DNA from: an uncultured Planctomycetia bacterium
GTDB lineage: Bacteria; Omnitrophota; Gorgyraeia; Duberdicusellales; 4484-171
Direction of reading: 5' to 3'
DNA: 64,000 nt
Assembly (NCBI GenBank): GCA_964483625.1
Contig: CAZABB010000006.1
Coordinates: forward strand, 2,129 to 66,128
Below the pieces are notes generated by a model that was not told where the DNA came from, searched no databases, and saw nothing but the letters and a program-made list of their open reading frames with translations. A program made the translations under genes and the position numbers. Positions 9,653 to 19,136 of this stretch are shown piece after piece (position 1 is the stretch's first letter; each line of letters begins with the position of its first letter).

Positions 9653-10000
9653 ATGCTTAAAAATGCAGCGAAATGCATGTTGATCTTACTGGTCGCAGCA
9701 GGCCCGATAACGATGGCTTATGCTTCGGTAGAAGAGGAACTTTCGGCGATTGAACGCTACCAGTATACATCCGAGGAATTCAAAGACGTGGTAAACATCA
9801 TCAAGTATTACCATCCACGGTATTCCCGCAAGCAAATCGGCCGGCTGATCGTCATGGCCTATTACGAATTACAGGAACATTTCCGTGACGTTTCCCTGTA
9901 TGAAGTCGCTCAAGGGATAAAAAGCATCTCCCGCCAGCGCCTCGGCATCGATTTAGAAAGCCATATCGTTACCTACATGAACGCCAAGATCAAAAAGTAA
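9653..10000 (+). CDS. hypothetical secreted small protein
   Basis: AGGAGG Shine-Dalgarno 6 nt upstream, a signal-peptide-like N-terminus (LILLVAAGPITMAYASV), followed by a terminator. Confidence 0.45.
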   Translation: MLKNAAKCMLILLVAAGPITMAYASVEEELSAIERYQYTSEEFKDVVNIIKYYHPRYSRKQIGRLIVMAYYELQEHFRDVSLYEVAQGIKSISRQRLGIDLESHIVTYMNAKIKK

Positions 10001-10025
10001 CCATACCTTTATTTTCTGAGAATCT

Positions 10026-10060
10026 CAGGCCCTGTTGGACAAACGTTCCACAGGGCTTTT
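10026..10060 (+). terminator. rho-independent terminator
   Basis: CCCTGTTGGAcaaacgTTCCACAGGG stem-loop followed by CTTTTTTA. Confidence 0.55.
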
Positions 10061-10140
10061 TTATCTGCGCCCACCTGCGTGAATGCGATTGCGGTGGTTA
10101 TTCCGACAGGGATTACAGTGATTTCGTTTTATGTAAAATC

Positions 10141-10629
10141 TCACACCCACAGATTCTTATCCAGAGAACGGTACTGCACCGCCTCAGCCACATGGGCCGG
10201 GAGGATATCTTTACTTTGAGCCAGATCGGCAATGGTGCGGGAAATTTTGAGGATCTTATCGTAGGCCCGGGCGCTGAATCCGAATTCCCGCGCGGCAGCT
10301 TCAATCAATGTTTTTGCCTGAGAACTCAGGACGCAGTACTTCCTGATCTGCTTATGGTTCATCCGGGCGTTAAAGAACGTGCCGCCGTTATAAGACGCAA
10401 ACCTCTCCCGCTGGATCTTCCGGGCAGCTTCAACTCGTTTTTTTATTCGATAAGAGTTTTCACTCACCACTCCGTCAGCCATAACCGCACTCATCTTAAT
10501 ACTCTGCAGTTCGATGTGAATATCGATCCGGTCCAGGAGCGGACCGGATATTTTATTGCGATACCGCTGGATCTGAGAACCGGAACAGTGGCAGGGTTTG
10601 TGGTGGGAGTTGAAATACCCGCAGGGGCA
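10141..10629 (-). pseudogene. comM: comM/yifB Mg-chelatase-family ATPase, C-terminal fragment (island-interrupted)
   Basis: Minus-strand translation ..GCPCGYFNSHHKPCHCSGSQIQRYRNKISGPLLDRIDIHIEL...FSARAYDKILKISRTIADLAQSKDILPAHVAEAVQYR is the ComM C-terminal third. It lacks an N-terminus and is contiguous in sequence logic with the fragment at 44,566-45,624. Confidence 0.8.
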
Positions 10630-12253
10630 TCCCTTCAGCACACTTCGCAAACTCTTCGGGACTGTCAACGTAGATTGTCATGTCCATCTTGAGCTTCCTC
10701 CTGACTTTCTTGGCGAGGACTTCCTTTACGATTACGGCGAGCCTTGACTTCCTTGCTTCTTCTGAAAGGACTGGCCAGGTCTTTGCGAGGTTCTCAAGCT
10801 CTTCAAACGAGGCTTCGAGGGCGAGTATCCTGTTCTGCGATTCTTCTTTGACGGTCTTTACCTTTAGGAGGCTGTTCCTTACTTCTTCAAGCTGTCTGTT
10901 CACCTTTTCAAATCTCGGGGTGAATGTCTCGTCGTCTATTATCCTGCGTTCGAGCTTGCCGAGGAGTGTTTCTCTTATTTCATCAAGTTCCTTCTCATGC
11001 GCCTCGAGCTGGGCTTTTTCCTGTTTTTTGTTCTTGGTGTCGGGCTTTACCGCTTTCTTGAGTTCATTGATGAGCTTTGCCTTCTCTTTCAGGAATTGCT
11101 TGTTTTCTGAGAGCGCAAGGAGTGTCCCGATGACTATCTCTTCGAGTGGCTCTCCGTCTATGGTCTGTCCTTTGCAGGCTGAGGTTCCTTTCCTGCTTGT
11201 GGTGGCGCACCTGTAATACAGGTATTCCTTCTCCGTCCCGTCTGCATAGGTCTTTGTGTGGGTATAGCCGTACATCTTTCCCCCGCAGTGCCAGCATTTC
11301 AGTATTCCCGACAGGAGATAGGTCTTGTCCGATTTGGTGGGCTTTGATGTCTTCTGCATCAGCAGGTCCTGGACTTCATCGAATTTCTTTTTCGCCACTA
11401 TCGGCTTGTGGTCGCCTTTGACTATCTTCCATTTCTCCCTGTCCACGTGCCTGAGCTTTCCAGAGGAGATGTCAGTCTTTCTTTTGCCGTAGGTTATGTA
11501 TCCGAGATAGAAGGGGTTTGTCAGCATCCGTCTTACTGTCGTTGTTGTCCAGTCGCCCTTCCTTGTCTTGAGTCCCCGGAGATTGAAGCCGTTGACCACT
11601 TTGCGGAGGCTTTTCTCTTTGAGGTAGGAGTCATACATCTGCCTGATTATCTGCGCTTCCTCTTCAAGCAGGTAGAGCTTCTTGTTCTCGGGGGTTTCCC
11701 TGTCCGCTTTGTTCAGGGCTTTTGCTTCGCTTGCTCCTTTTGCCCTGAGGCTTTCGATGAGCTTTTCCCTTGTTATGTATCCAAAGGGGATTATCCCTCC
11801 GTTCCATTTGCCTTTTTCCGCCCTGTAGTGCATGTCAGTTGAGACTCTTTCGGAATCAATTTCTCTCTCAAGCTGTGCCAGTGCCCCGAGGAGGTTGAGC
11901 ATGAATCTTCCCATCGGGCCTTCGGTATTTATGTTTTCGTTGAGGGAGAGGAGCTTGATGTCGTGCTTCTCGAAGAACGATACAAGGAACAAAAGGTCTT
12001 GAAGCGACCTTGTGATCCTGTCAAGCCTTGTGAATACGACGATGTTGAACTTCTTGTCTTCTGCATCCTTCAGCAGAGCTTCCAAAGCCGGCCTGTTCTT
12101 GTCCTTTGCAGATATTCCCTCATCCCTGTAGAGCCTGAATACGGAGAATTCCCTTGCGTTACAGTATTGCTTGAGGCGTTCTTCCTGGGTCTTGAGGGAG
12201 TCACGGTCTATCTGCTGGGTGGTTGATACTCTTATGTAGAGTGCAGCTTTCAC
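10553..12253 (-). CDS. large serine recombinase
   Basis: N-terminal resolvase catalytic domain ALYIRVSTTQQ...S-nucleophile, a recombinase domain and a C-terminal zinc-ribbon/coiled-coil. GTG/ATG start at 12253. The 3' end reads across the attL junction into comM-derived DNA. Confidence 0.85.
   Translation of the reverse strand: MKAALYIRVSTTQQIDRDSLKTQEERLKQYCNAREFSVFRLYRDEGISAKDKNRPALEALLKDAEDKKFNIVVFTRLDRITRSLQDLLFLVSFFEKHDIKLLSLNENINTEGPMGRFMLNLLGALAQLEREIDSERVSTDMHYRAEKGKWNGGIIPFGYITREKLIESLRAKGASEAKALNKADRETPENKKLYLLEEEAQIIRQMYDSYLKEKSLRKVVNGFNLRGLKTRKGDWTTTTVRRMLTNPFYLGYITYGKRKTDISSGKLRHVDREKWKIVKGDHKPIVAKKKFDEVQDLLMQKTSKPTKSDKTYLLSGILKCWHCGGKMYGYTHTKTYADGTEKEYLYYRCATTSRKGTSACKGQTIDGEPLEEIVIGTLLALSENKQFLKEKAKLINELKKAVKPDTKNKKQEKAQLEAHEKELDEIRETLLGKLERRIIDDETFTPRFEKVNRQLEEVRNSLLKVKTVKEESQNRILALEASFEELENLAKTWPVLSEEARKSRLAVIVKEVLAKKVRRKLKMDMTIYVDSPEEFAKCAEGMPLRVFQLPPQTLPLFRFSDPAVSQ
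10609..10645. repeat. island left junction (attL-like): gaaataccc-GCAGGGGCA-tcccttcagc
   Basis: comM reading frame ends at the CPC codons. The plus-strand 9-mer GCAGGGGCA matches GCATGGACA at the right junction (GCAnGGnCA, 7/9). Confidence 0.5.
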
Positions 12254-12384
12254 TTATTGGTTTTCCTTTCTTCGAGGAGCTTTTGGAATACCTTGATATC
12301 GGCTTCAAGCAGGATTTCAAGAACTCTCTGAAGCCTGAACCGCTCCCCGCTACCTTCCTTTATTATCCTGCGTTTCTTCTTCAT
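12250..12384 (-). CDS. small basic protein (44 aa), possible recombination directionality factor
   Basis: MKKKRRIIKEGSGERFRLQRVLEILLEADIKVFQKLLEERKTNK. Its stop overlaps the recombinase start (GTGA). Absent from the ORF track (<60 aa). The RDF role is inference only. Confidence 0.25.
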   Translation of the reverse strand: MKKKRRIIKEGSGERFRLQRVLEILLEADIKVFQKLLEERKTNK

Positions 12385-12476
12385 GATTTGCTTTCCGTAA
12401 CATATTCTACTATGGAACACTATGAAGTCAAGAGGAATGTGCCTGCTGCTTATTTCAAAATTAAATGCAAAATCGG

Positions 12477-12505
12477 TTGCGTTACGGTTAGCGTTTGGAT
12501 ATAAT
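12477..12505 (+). promoter_or_regulatory. sigma70-like promoter (TTGCGT-17-TATAAT)
   Basis: -35 at 12477-12482, 17-nt spacer, -10 at 12500-12505, upstream of the RHH/methyltransferase operon. Confidence 0.4.
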
Positions 12506-12607
12506 AAAATCATATTTATACGATTAATATTATTCATATGATAAATAATATAAATAGGGCAAAAAACACAAAAAGTATAAATACCACTTTCTGCAGGAGT
12601 TAGATAA

Positions 12608-12766
12608 ATGCCAAAAAAAGGGAAATCAAAACAATCCATAGGGATAACTATAGATAAAGAAATCCTTAAGAAATTGGACAATTTCTGCAAGAAAAATTTT
12701 AATGCAAAACGGTCAGGCGTAATAGAGCAGGCCACAAAGAAATTCTTAGAGGAGAATTCAAAATGA
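12608..12766 (+). CDS. ribbon-helix-helix (CopG/Arc-like) DNA-binding protein
   Basis: 52 aa: MPKKGKSKQSIGITIDKEILKKLDNFCKKNFNAKRSGVIEQATKKFLEENSK, a beta-strand then two helices. GGAG RBS. Its stop overlaps the methyltransferase start (ATGA). Missing from the ORF track. Confidence 0.5.
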   Translation: MPKKGKSKQSIGITIDKEILKKLDNFCKKNFNAKRSGVIEQATKKFLEENSK

Positions 12767-14892
12767 GCAAATATGATTTTCTTGATGCACGCAAAGAACT
12801 CGAGCAGACGATAAGTGCTGATTTAAAACGGGCTCTTGAAAAGAGAGGGTTTAGCGTTAAACACAATGGCACTAAAGATTCCTCTGCACCGGGGAATAAA
12901 GCTGACATTGAGCTCTATAATTCGACTTACCATATCACTGTAGAGGTAACGAAGACAACAAAATCCAATGCAGACAGGGAATTTTTGGCAATAAAAGACC
13001 ACTTAGAGCAGATTAAAAATACATACACTTCAAAGAAATGTTTTACTATTTATGTATCTCCTGAGACACATTACCGCATGATGAATGCCATTCGAGATCA
13101 TGATATCTTAAATAGCAAGAAAAACGACCTTAAGATATTGCCTTTTTCTTTCGCTTCTTTTGAGCTCTTTATTACCAAGCTAATTCAATCTCACAAGGAA
13201 CAATACAATAAAACTCTGATTATAGGGTTATTTAATGAATATCTTAATTTTCTGGATGATGAGCGTGTCTTGAGGATATTATATGACAAACTATTTTCCG
13301 ACGACGAGCAACTCAAAAGAGAAATTCAAATTAAAGAGGAAAATAGGCATCAGCAGACCGTTGAGAATTTAGTAAAAGATTTACTCAATCTCGAAAATAA
13401 GTTGAGAGAAGAATTGGGAATTACCCATACTGATGCAATCAGAGATATTATATTTCTGGTCTTCATTAAACTTTATGAAGAAAAAAGAGAATTTGAAGGT
13501 AAAGAGAACAGATTTAAAAGGCACACCTTTCCTAAATTTCAAGAGTATATCAATGATGAGAAATTAGCAGGACATGAATTGTTTAAGTTGATAAAGGAAG
13601 ATAAAGAGCTTAAGTCTGCGAAGGTCTTTACTGATTCTGATTTTCTGTCCGATAAACTGGACGACAATTTCATCCTGAAATTCTATATTGAGCCGTTTGA
13701 GAAATATCACTTTTATACTACTAAAGTAGATGGCCTCGGCGCTGCATATGAGGTTTTGGGTATGCGGGCAGGTAAAGATGTTAAGGCAGGGCAGTTTTTT
13801 ACTCCTGAGAATGTCGTGAGATTTATGGTTCATATGGCAGAACTGGATTATGATGATGTAGTATTAGACCCCGCCTGCGGCACAGCAAGATTCCTTATAT
13901 ATTCTATGTATGACATGATTGAAAAAGTTCGAGGACGAAATCAGGATGATAAAGTCAAGAATATTAAGGTTAAACAATTGTATGGCTCAGATTATGACCC
14001 TAATGTGGCAAAGCTGGCAAAAATGAATATGTATATACACGGAGATGGGAAAACAAACATTATGGACCAAGACGGTCTTTTATTATTTCATTTTGATAAT
14101 CAAATTGATGCAATCCTTACAAATCCTCCTTTGGGTGACCAATCATATCAAAAGACAAGCTATGATGATATTTTTAAGAAGGAACGCATGGCTGTAATTC
14201 CAAAGAATAATGTATCCACAGATAATCTGAAGTCTTTGAGGGACAAGCTCAATGCCTTAAAAGAAAGTTTATTGAAGGCAAAAGAGACACAATCTCAGAA
14301 GAATGTCCAAAGGATAAGCAAGAACATTGAGGAATGTGAAAGGAAAATTGTTAATTTAGAAGAAGACATTGCCCGGGGGACTGTTGAACATAAGGTCTCT
14401 GGCACACAAATGAAAGGTGGCGCCTTATTCATAAACGCTGCGTATCATTATTTAAAGACTGTTAGAAATGAGGATGCTTTACCAGAGTGGCGTGGGGGGA
14501 AGCTGCTTCTTATTTTGGATGAGGGCATTTTGAATACAGAGGATTATTCTAATGTTAGAAATTTTGTAAAGGAGCATTTTTATATTAAGGCGGTGATTTC
14601 TCTTACGAGAGATACCTTCATCCCTATTTCTCATACAAGCACAAAGACCTCGATATTGTATTGTATAAAGAAAGAAGATTTAGATGCAGTCCAGCAAGAA
14701 CCTATCTTTTTTGCGCATGTGGATAAAGTCGGTTTGAATACAAAAGGCAAGGTGTGTGAGAATCATTTATTTAGTGGCAACAAGAAAAATATTCTGAAAA
14801 ATTATATGGAATTCAAGAAGAATGTGTTGGATTCATATGATGGTTTAGCCTTTAATAGAAAAAGATTTGTCGGGAAAAAGAAAAATGTTTGA
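12763..14892 (+). CDS. N6-adenine DNA methyltransferase with N-terminal nuclease-like domain (type IIB/BcgI-A-like or HsdM-like)
   Basis: Motif X/I QFFTPENVVRFMV...DPACGTARFL and motif IV NPPLG (gamma-class amino-MTase). The roughly 200-aa N-terminal domain has a D..E.TK arrangement (ADIELYNSTYHITVEVTK), possibly PD-(D/E)xK-like. Confidence 0.8.
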   Translation: MSKYDFLDARKELEQTISADLKRALEKRGFSVKHNGTKDSSAPGNKADIELYNSTYHITVEVTKTTKSNADREFLAIKDHLEQIKNTYTSKKCFTIYVSPETHYRMMNAIRDHDILNSKKNDLKILPFSFASFELFITKLIQSHKEQYNKTLIIGLFNEYLNFLDDERVLRILYDKLFSDDEQLKREIQIKEENRHQQTVENLVKDLLNLENKLREELGITHTDAIRDIIFLVFIKLYEEKREFEGKENRFKRHTFPKFQEYINDEKLAGHELFKLIKEDKELKSAKVFTDSDFLSDKLDDNFILKFYIEPFEKYHFYTTKVDGLGAAYEVLGMRAGKDVKAGQFFTPENVVRFMVHMAELDYDDVVLDPACGTARFLIYSMYDMIEKVRGRNQDDKVKNIKVKQLYGSDYDPNVAKLAKMNMYIHGDGKTNIMDQDGLLLFHFDNQIDAILTNPPLGDQSYQKTSYDDIFKKERMAVIPKNNVSTDNLKSLRDKLNALKESLLKAKETQSQKNVQRISKNIEECERKIVNLEEDIARGTVEHKVSGTQMKGGALFINAAYHYLKTVRNEDALPEWRGGKLLLILDEGILNTEDYSNVRNFVKEHFYIKAVISLTRDTFIPISHTSTKTSILYCIKKEDLDAVQQEPIFFAHVDKVGLNTKGKVCENHLFSGNKKNILKNYMEFKKNVLDSYDGLAFNRKRFVGKKKNV

Positions 14893-16321
14893 CACTTCTA
14901 TTTACTACAGATTTTCAGAAGAGATTGATGACAGGTTTGACGAAAATTATAATCATTTGCGTTATGATGAAATTAATCGGCTACTCAGTAAAAGCAGATT
15001 CGAGAATATCCTTCCTATAGGCGATAAGCAAGTTCTGAAGGAAATTACCAGTGGCAAAACGCCTCGAGGAATTAAGTATCAGGAAGAAGGAGTGCCATTT
15101 TTAGGAGCTTCAAATATCATCAACGGAGAGGTTGATATAGAAAGTTGCCCTAAGATTGAACAAGAAATGCATGAAGGAGTGCTTAAGTCTTCCAAGGTAA
15201 AAAAGGGAGATATTCTAATAACGATGGCGGGAACAATAGGTCGTTGTGCGATTTATTCTTATGAAGAAGAGGCAAATTGTAATCAAGCCGTAGCAATATT
15301 GCGATTGAATGAAGATATAGTAATCCCCCATTATGTCGTAGAATATCTTGATTCAGTTATTGGTGATCTGTTTTTTCAGAAATTCCAGCATATTTCGAGT
15401 CAGCCTAATATTAATCTTAATGAAATTAAAAGAATTAAGGTAATCCTTCCAGATAAGACGCAACAGAAGACCATACTGAATGAAATAAATAAAATTAGAG
15501 CAGAATTACATAATATAATAAAAATGCGTGAAGATAAGCTCATAGAGATTAAGGTTTCTATAATTGACGAGTTAGAATTTAAGTCTCAAATACCCAAAAC
15601 GTACTTTTTTCATAAAGGGAGAGAATCTACGAACTCCTGTTTTTCCTTTTTTGAAGATTTGGATAGGCTTCACTACTTGTTTAATCAACCCAAAGGTAAA
15701 TTATACGAAGAATTAATTAAAATATTTCATACTGTTGAACTTAATGATGCTTGCAGCGAACCCATTAAACGAGGAGAGCAGCCTGTATATATGGAAGAGG
15801 GGGAAGTGAAAGTCATAAAAACTATAGATTTAAAGAATTCTTATATAGATATGGATAATTGCTTAAGAGTATCACAGGAATTTTATGATGAGAAGGTTAC
15901 TGCTCAAATTTTTAAAAAAGATATTTTAATTGCTTCAACAGGCTATGGGTCTTTAGGCAAGGTAGATATATATGAGGATGATGAACCCGCTATGGTGGAT
16001 GGGCATATTTCTATTTTACGCCTTAACTCAGATTATGACCCCTATTTTATACTATACTTTCTTCGTTCTCCTTTGGGGCAGATACAGTTTGAAAAGTGGT
16101 TCTCTGGTTCTTCTGGGCAAATAGAAATTCAACCCGGAGACTTAGGCAAATTCTTGATTCCCTCTGCATCTGATAATGGAATTTCTTTTGTAAGGCAGTG
16201 CCAGATATCAAAGAAAATATCTGGTAAGTTAAAAGAAGCTAATTTGTTAAGAAGTAAAGCGGATTTAGTCAGAGATAAATTGTCTCAGAATTTTCAAGAA
16301 TTAATATTCCGGAACTTTTAA
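14867..16321 (+). CDS. hsdS: restriction-modification specificity subunit (HsdS-like, two TRDs)
   Basis: Two target-recognition domains separated by a conserved helical spacer (TQQKTILNEINKIRAELHNII), typical of HsdS. The likely start is ATG at 14885, overlapping the MTase stop. Confidence 0.8.
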   Translation: MSGKRKMFDTSIYYRFSEEIDDRFDENYNHLRYDEINRLLSKSRFENILPIGDKQVLKEITSGKTPRGIKYQEEGVPFLGASNIINGEVDIESCPKIEQEMHEGVLKSSKVKKGDILITMAGTIGRCAIYSYEEEANCNQAVAILRLNEDIVIPHYVVEYLDSVIGDLFFQKFQHISSQPNINLNEIKRIKVILPDKTQQKTILNEINKIRAELHNIIKMREDKLIEIKVSIIDELEFKSQIPKTYFFHKGRESTNSCFSFFEDLDRLHYLFNQPKGKLYEELIKIFHTVELNDACSEPIKRGEQPVYMEEGEVKVIKTIDLKNSYIDMDNCLRVSQEFYDEKVTAQIFKKDILIASTGYGSLGKVDIYEDDEPAMVDGHISILRLNSDYDPYFILYFLRSPLGQIQFEKWFSGSSGQIEIQPGDLGKFLIPSASDNGISFVRQCQISKKISGKLKEANLLRSKADLVRDKLSQNFQELIFRNF

Positions 16322-16348
16322 TCCCATTCAGAGGATATATCTTTATCT

Positions 16349-16831
16349 CTATTTCCCCATCAATTCCTCTCTAATCCTTTCCCCTTCCTCAGTCAGTACG
16401 TATAGCCTTCCGTTTTTCTGTTCGGGGTTGAGGCATTTGGCTATGCCTTTGTCTATGAATTCCCTGAGTGCGTCGCATATCCTTGCCACCTTTATGTCGT
16501 CGCTTTCCCCGTCCGGATTGATTTTCGAGAAGAGTTCTTTTTCCGTTATCGGGATGATGATGTGCCTGATTATCTCCTCTCGGAGCTTTTTGCCTTCGTC
16601 GGTCAGCTCATACAGTTTTCTTGCTGTCTTGCCTCCGTTTCTGCTTACCGCTATCCCTTTTTTCTCAAATGCCTTGAGCACGTCTGTCGTGTTGTTGCAG
16701 TTCGCCCTGTTGTAGTAGGGCTTGATTTTCTTCTGTATGAGGCTTGCTGTCATCGGGTAATCCATAGCTTTGATAATCGCTATCCTTCTTGGCCCTTTGA
16801 CAACCCATGCTAACAGCTCTATGCTCACCAT
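16349..16831 (-). CDS. tandem winged-helix DNA-binding protein
   Basis: Two wHTH-like repeats (..KGPRRIAIIKAM..GKTARKLYELTDEGKKL.. and ..ICDALREFIDKGIAKCL..GRLYVLTEEGERI..). Paralogous to ORF 22981..23232. Confidence 0.45.
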   Translation of the reverse strand: MVSIELLAWVVKGPRRIAIIKAMDYPMTASLIQKKIKPYYNRANCNNTTDVLKAFEKKGIAVSRNGGKTARKLYELTDEGKKLREEIIRHIIIPITEKELFSKINPDGESDDIKVARICDALREFIDKGIAKCLNPEQKNGRLYVLTEEGERIREELMGK

Positions 16832-17019
16832 CTTTTTACGTTTATAAATGGAAACGCTGTTTTAAATTTATCACTCATTTTATACTTTTTAGGTAAGTAT
16901 TGATTGAGAATTGGTAACTCTCGTCCGATTTCGGATAAATACAGCATGTTTTTTACAGGTTTACTTAGTTAACTTTTTGAAGCATAAGCTTTAAGAATAA
17001 ACTTCCTTGTGTTTTCGAG

Positions 17020-17400
17020 GTGGTCTGTATGAATGGTGTCTATGTGTGTTATAGCGAAGAGAAGCAGGGCGATTTCTCTGAGGTTGTTGAGATGTCGAAT
17101 GATGAATATCTGATTTGGAGGCATAAGACTTCTATCAGGAGGGAAATGAGGTATCCGGCGAAGGTTATCATTAAGATTTCAAAGAAGGATATCTATTACG
17201 TGGGGGATTTGCTTCTGGTTAAGGAATATGAGGCTTTTAATCCTGAGATTTTCATCAAAGATGAGCGTCATCGTCCTGTTGCTTGGAGTGAGTCTTCCGA
17301 TGATACGAAAAGTGTGCTATTCATTGCTAATTTGCAGGAAGTTCCCGAGCCTGAGGAAGTGAAGGATATTCATCCTCCACGGGGGGTCGCTTATTTTTAG
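17020..17400 (+). CDS. hypothetical protein
   Basis: 126-aa ORF with no recognisable motif. Confidence 0.3.
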   Translation: MVCMNGVYVCYSEEKQGDFSEVVEMSNDEYLIWRHKTSIRREMRYPAKVIIKISKKDIYYVGDLLLVKEYEAFNPEIFIKDERHRPVAWSESSDDTKSVLFIANLQEVPEPEEVKDIHPPRGVAYF

Positions 17401-17642
17401 ATACGGTATTTATCGAAAACTTCTTCTAGGTCTCGATACATATTTGTAAGCCAGTCATTTTTCCATCCGCCTTTATCTGTAAGGAGAAGTTTTTTTGCCA
17501 GGAATTCGTTGCTGACTTCGGATTTGCCGAATATTTTATCGGCGTATTCGAGAGCTTTTTCCATGCCTTGTTGTTTGTAGATCATAAAGATGTTAATGCA
17601 CGCTATTTTGTTTGCTTTGTAGTTGCGTCTAAATCCTGTCAT
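17397..17642 (-). CDS. hypothetical protein
   Basis: 81-aa ORF convergent with the previous one. Confidence 0.3.
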   Translation of the reverse strand: MTGFRRNYKANKIACINIFMIYKQQGMEKALEYADKIFGKSEVSNEFLAKKLLLTDKGGWKNDWLTNMYRDLEEVFDKYRI

Positions 17643-17843
17643 TTATGCCTGACTAGGGGTTCTGTTTAATATATTTTTTGTATATTGGATATTTCGGCAC
17701 ACGCAGACCTTCTTTTCTTAAAGCTTTTCCCCTGAATTGCGGGGTCGGATATGTTTATCCTAAAGCTTTAATGAGAGGTCTGCTATACGTGCCTTTCACT
17801 CAGGCCTCCAAAGACCGCTGAAAAATCTTTGGAGGTGTTTACC

Positions 17844-18155
17844 ATGAGTGAAGTAGTAGAAACTATAGTCAGGCAGTTGTCCTGCCAGGGCCTTGACAAG
17901 CTGACTCTTGCTTGCCTCGGCTTCAAGACGTTTGTGAAGATGGATGATGATACTCTCCGCCTTCACTTCAAAGACAGAAGGGGCGTTGTCAATGTGGATG
18001 TGCATTACAACATCGGGTATGACTCGTACGATGTGACATACCAGCGAATCGACAGGGAGACTTACGAGATTAAGTCGAGAATCAGGAAAGATGTTTTCTT
18101 CGATGAGCTCGCCGGCGTCTTCGACGATTTGTTTGCCATTAAGGGGCTCGCCTGA
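17844..18155 (+). CDS. hypothetical protein
   Basis: GGAGG RBS 8 nt upstream of ATG at 17844. Confidence 0.4.
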   Translation: MSEVVETIVRQLSCQGLDKLTLACLGFKTFVKMDDDTLRLHFKDRRGVVNVDVHYNIGYDSYDVTYQRIDRETYEIKSRIRKDVFFDELAGVFDDLFAIKGLA

Positions 18156-18184
18156 GCCTCTTTATTTTTTTTGGCTCGCTGGTT

Positions 18185-18577
18185 TTATGCCGTAGGGATG
18201 AAGTGTTCTCTTAATGACTGTATGAGCTTGTCTTGGCCTTCTTTTGTTTTGTCCGTTGCTATCAGGTGTATGGAGTTTTCGTTGTAGATGACGCTTGCTG
18301 TGGAGTGCTTGCCTGTGTAGGTTTCGCTTTGCCCCTGCCAGTCTTCGTATCTGTGGCTTTTTAGCCTTTCTTCAGAATGAGGTTTTTCCATTTCCAGCTC
18401 TTTCATTATGCCTGTCAGGATTTTTATGCACGTGAAGGGGCATCCTTTGGGAATGTTTATCTTTGCGTGGGTATCGTTCTTCCTGCTTGTATCAATCTCG
18501 ATTTTTGGTTTTAGCATTTTATCGAGAATACAGAGATAACAAGTCTTATTAATATCTTTGCTATTTTTAGTATTCAA
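18185..18577 (-). CDS. hypothetical protein
   Basis: 130-aa ORF. Confidence 0.35.
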   Translation of the reverse strand: MNTKNSKDINKTCYLCILDKMLKPKIEIDTSRKNDTHAKINIPKGCPFTCIKILTGIMKELEMEKPHSEERLKSHRYEDWQGQSETYTGKHSTASVIYNENSIHLIATDKTKEGQDKLIQSLREHFIPTA

Positions 18578-18645
18578 GAATGGTGACAGGAGAGTTGCGG
18601 CACTTTTCGTCAGGTTTAAATAGAAAAGAACAGCTTTGATATTGC

Positions 18646-18858
18646 ATGGCAGAAGGACTGATTGAAGGGGTGCTCGTAACTTTTACAGCCGTGATGATAT
18701 TAATGCTTATGGGCATTACTTATTCTGGTGTTCAGCAGTACTCTAATCCTGCTGTCCATGCTGGCATACTCGGCGGTATCCTTTCTATCCTTTTGCTTAT
18801 CTGTGCTGGCTCTTTGTTATCAATGGAGAATTATGTCTATAATGGAGGAATCCTCTGA
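18646..18858 (+). CDS. small membrane protein
   Basis: Two predicted TM helices. Confidence 0.3.
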   Translation: MAEGLIEGVLVTFTAVMILMLMGITYSGVQQYSNPAVHAGILGGILSILLLICAGSLLSMENYVYNGGIL

Positions 18859-18947
18859 TTATTATTTTACCTTTTCTTTGAGTGTTCTTTTCCCAGACCT
18901 ATCCTTTGAGTGCAAATCTTTTATATCCTTCCCGTTACCATTCTTTC

Positions 18948-19136
18948 ATGGTTAAAAGCAGGCTGATTAATGTGCGGTTGTCGGGGAGACAGTATGATCT
19001 CCTCATCAACCGTATGGAGTGCATGGGCTACCTTAACATGAGCCAGTTCATCAGGGATTGCGCTCTTCGGGATGACCTTGCCACCCTCAAGCTTCTGCGG
19101 GACATTCACGAGAGGGTGGTCGGCAGTGCCTCTTAA
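18948..19136 (+). CDS. MobC-like mobilisation (relaxosome accessory) protein
   Basis: VRLSGRQYDLLINRMECMGYLNMSQFIRDCAL matches the MobC family pattern (VRLTxxExxxLxxxAxxxGxSxSxYIRxxAL). Confidence 0.45.
   Translation: MVKSRLINVRLSGRQYDLLINRMECMGYLNMSQFIRDCALRDDLATLKLLRDIHERVVGSAS

Noticed and set aside
10680-12226. Plus-strand ORFs 10680..11216, 11146..11421, 11408..11842 and 11963..12226
   Set aside because: All lie antisense inside the large serine recombinase gene. Their products are Ser/Leu/Phe-rich low-complexity sequence.
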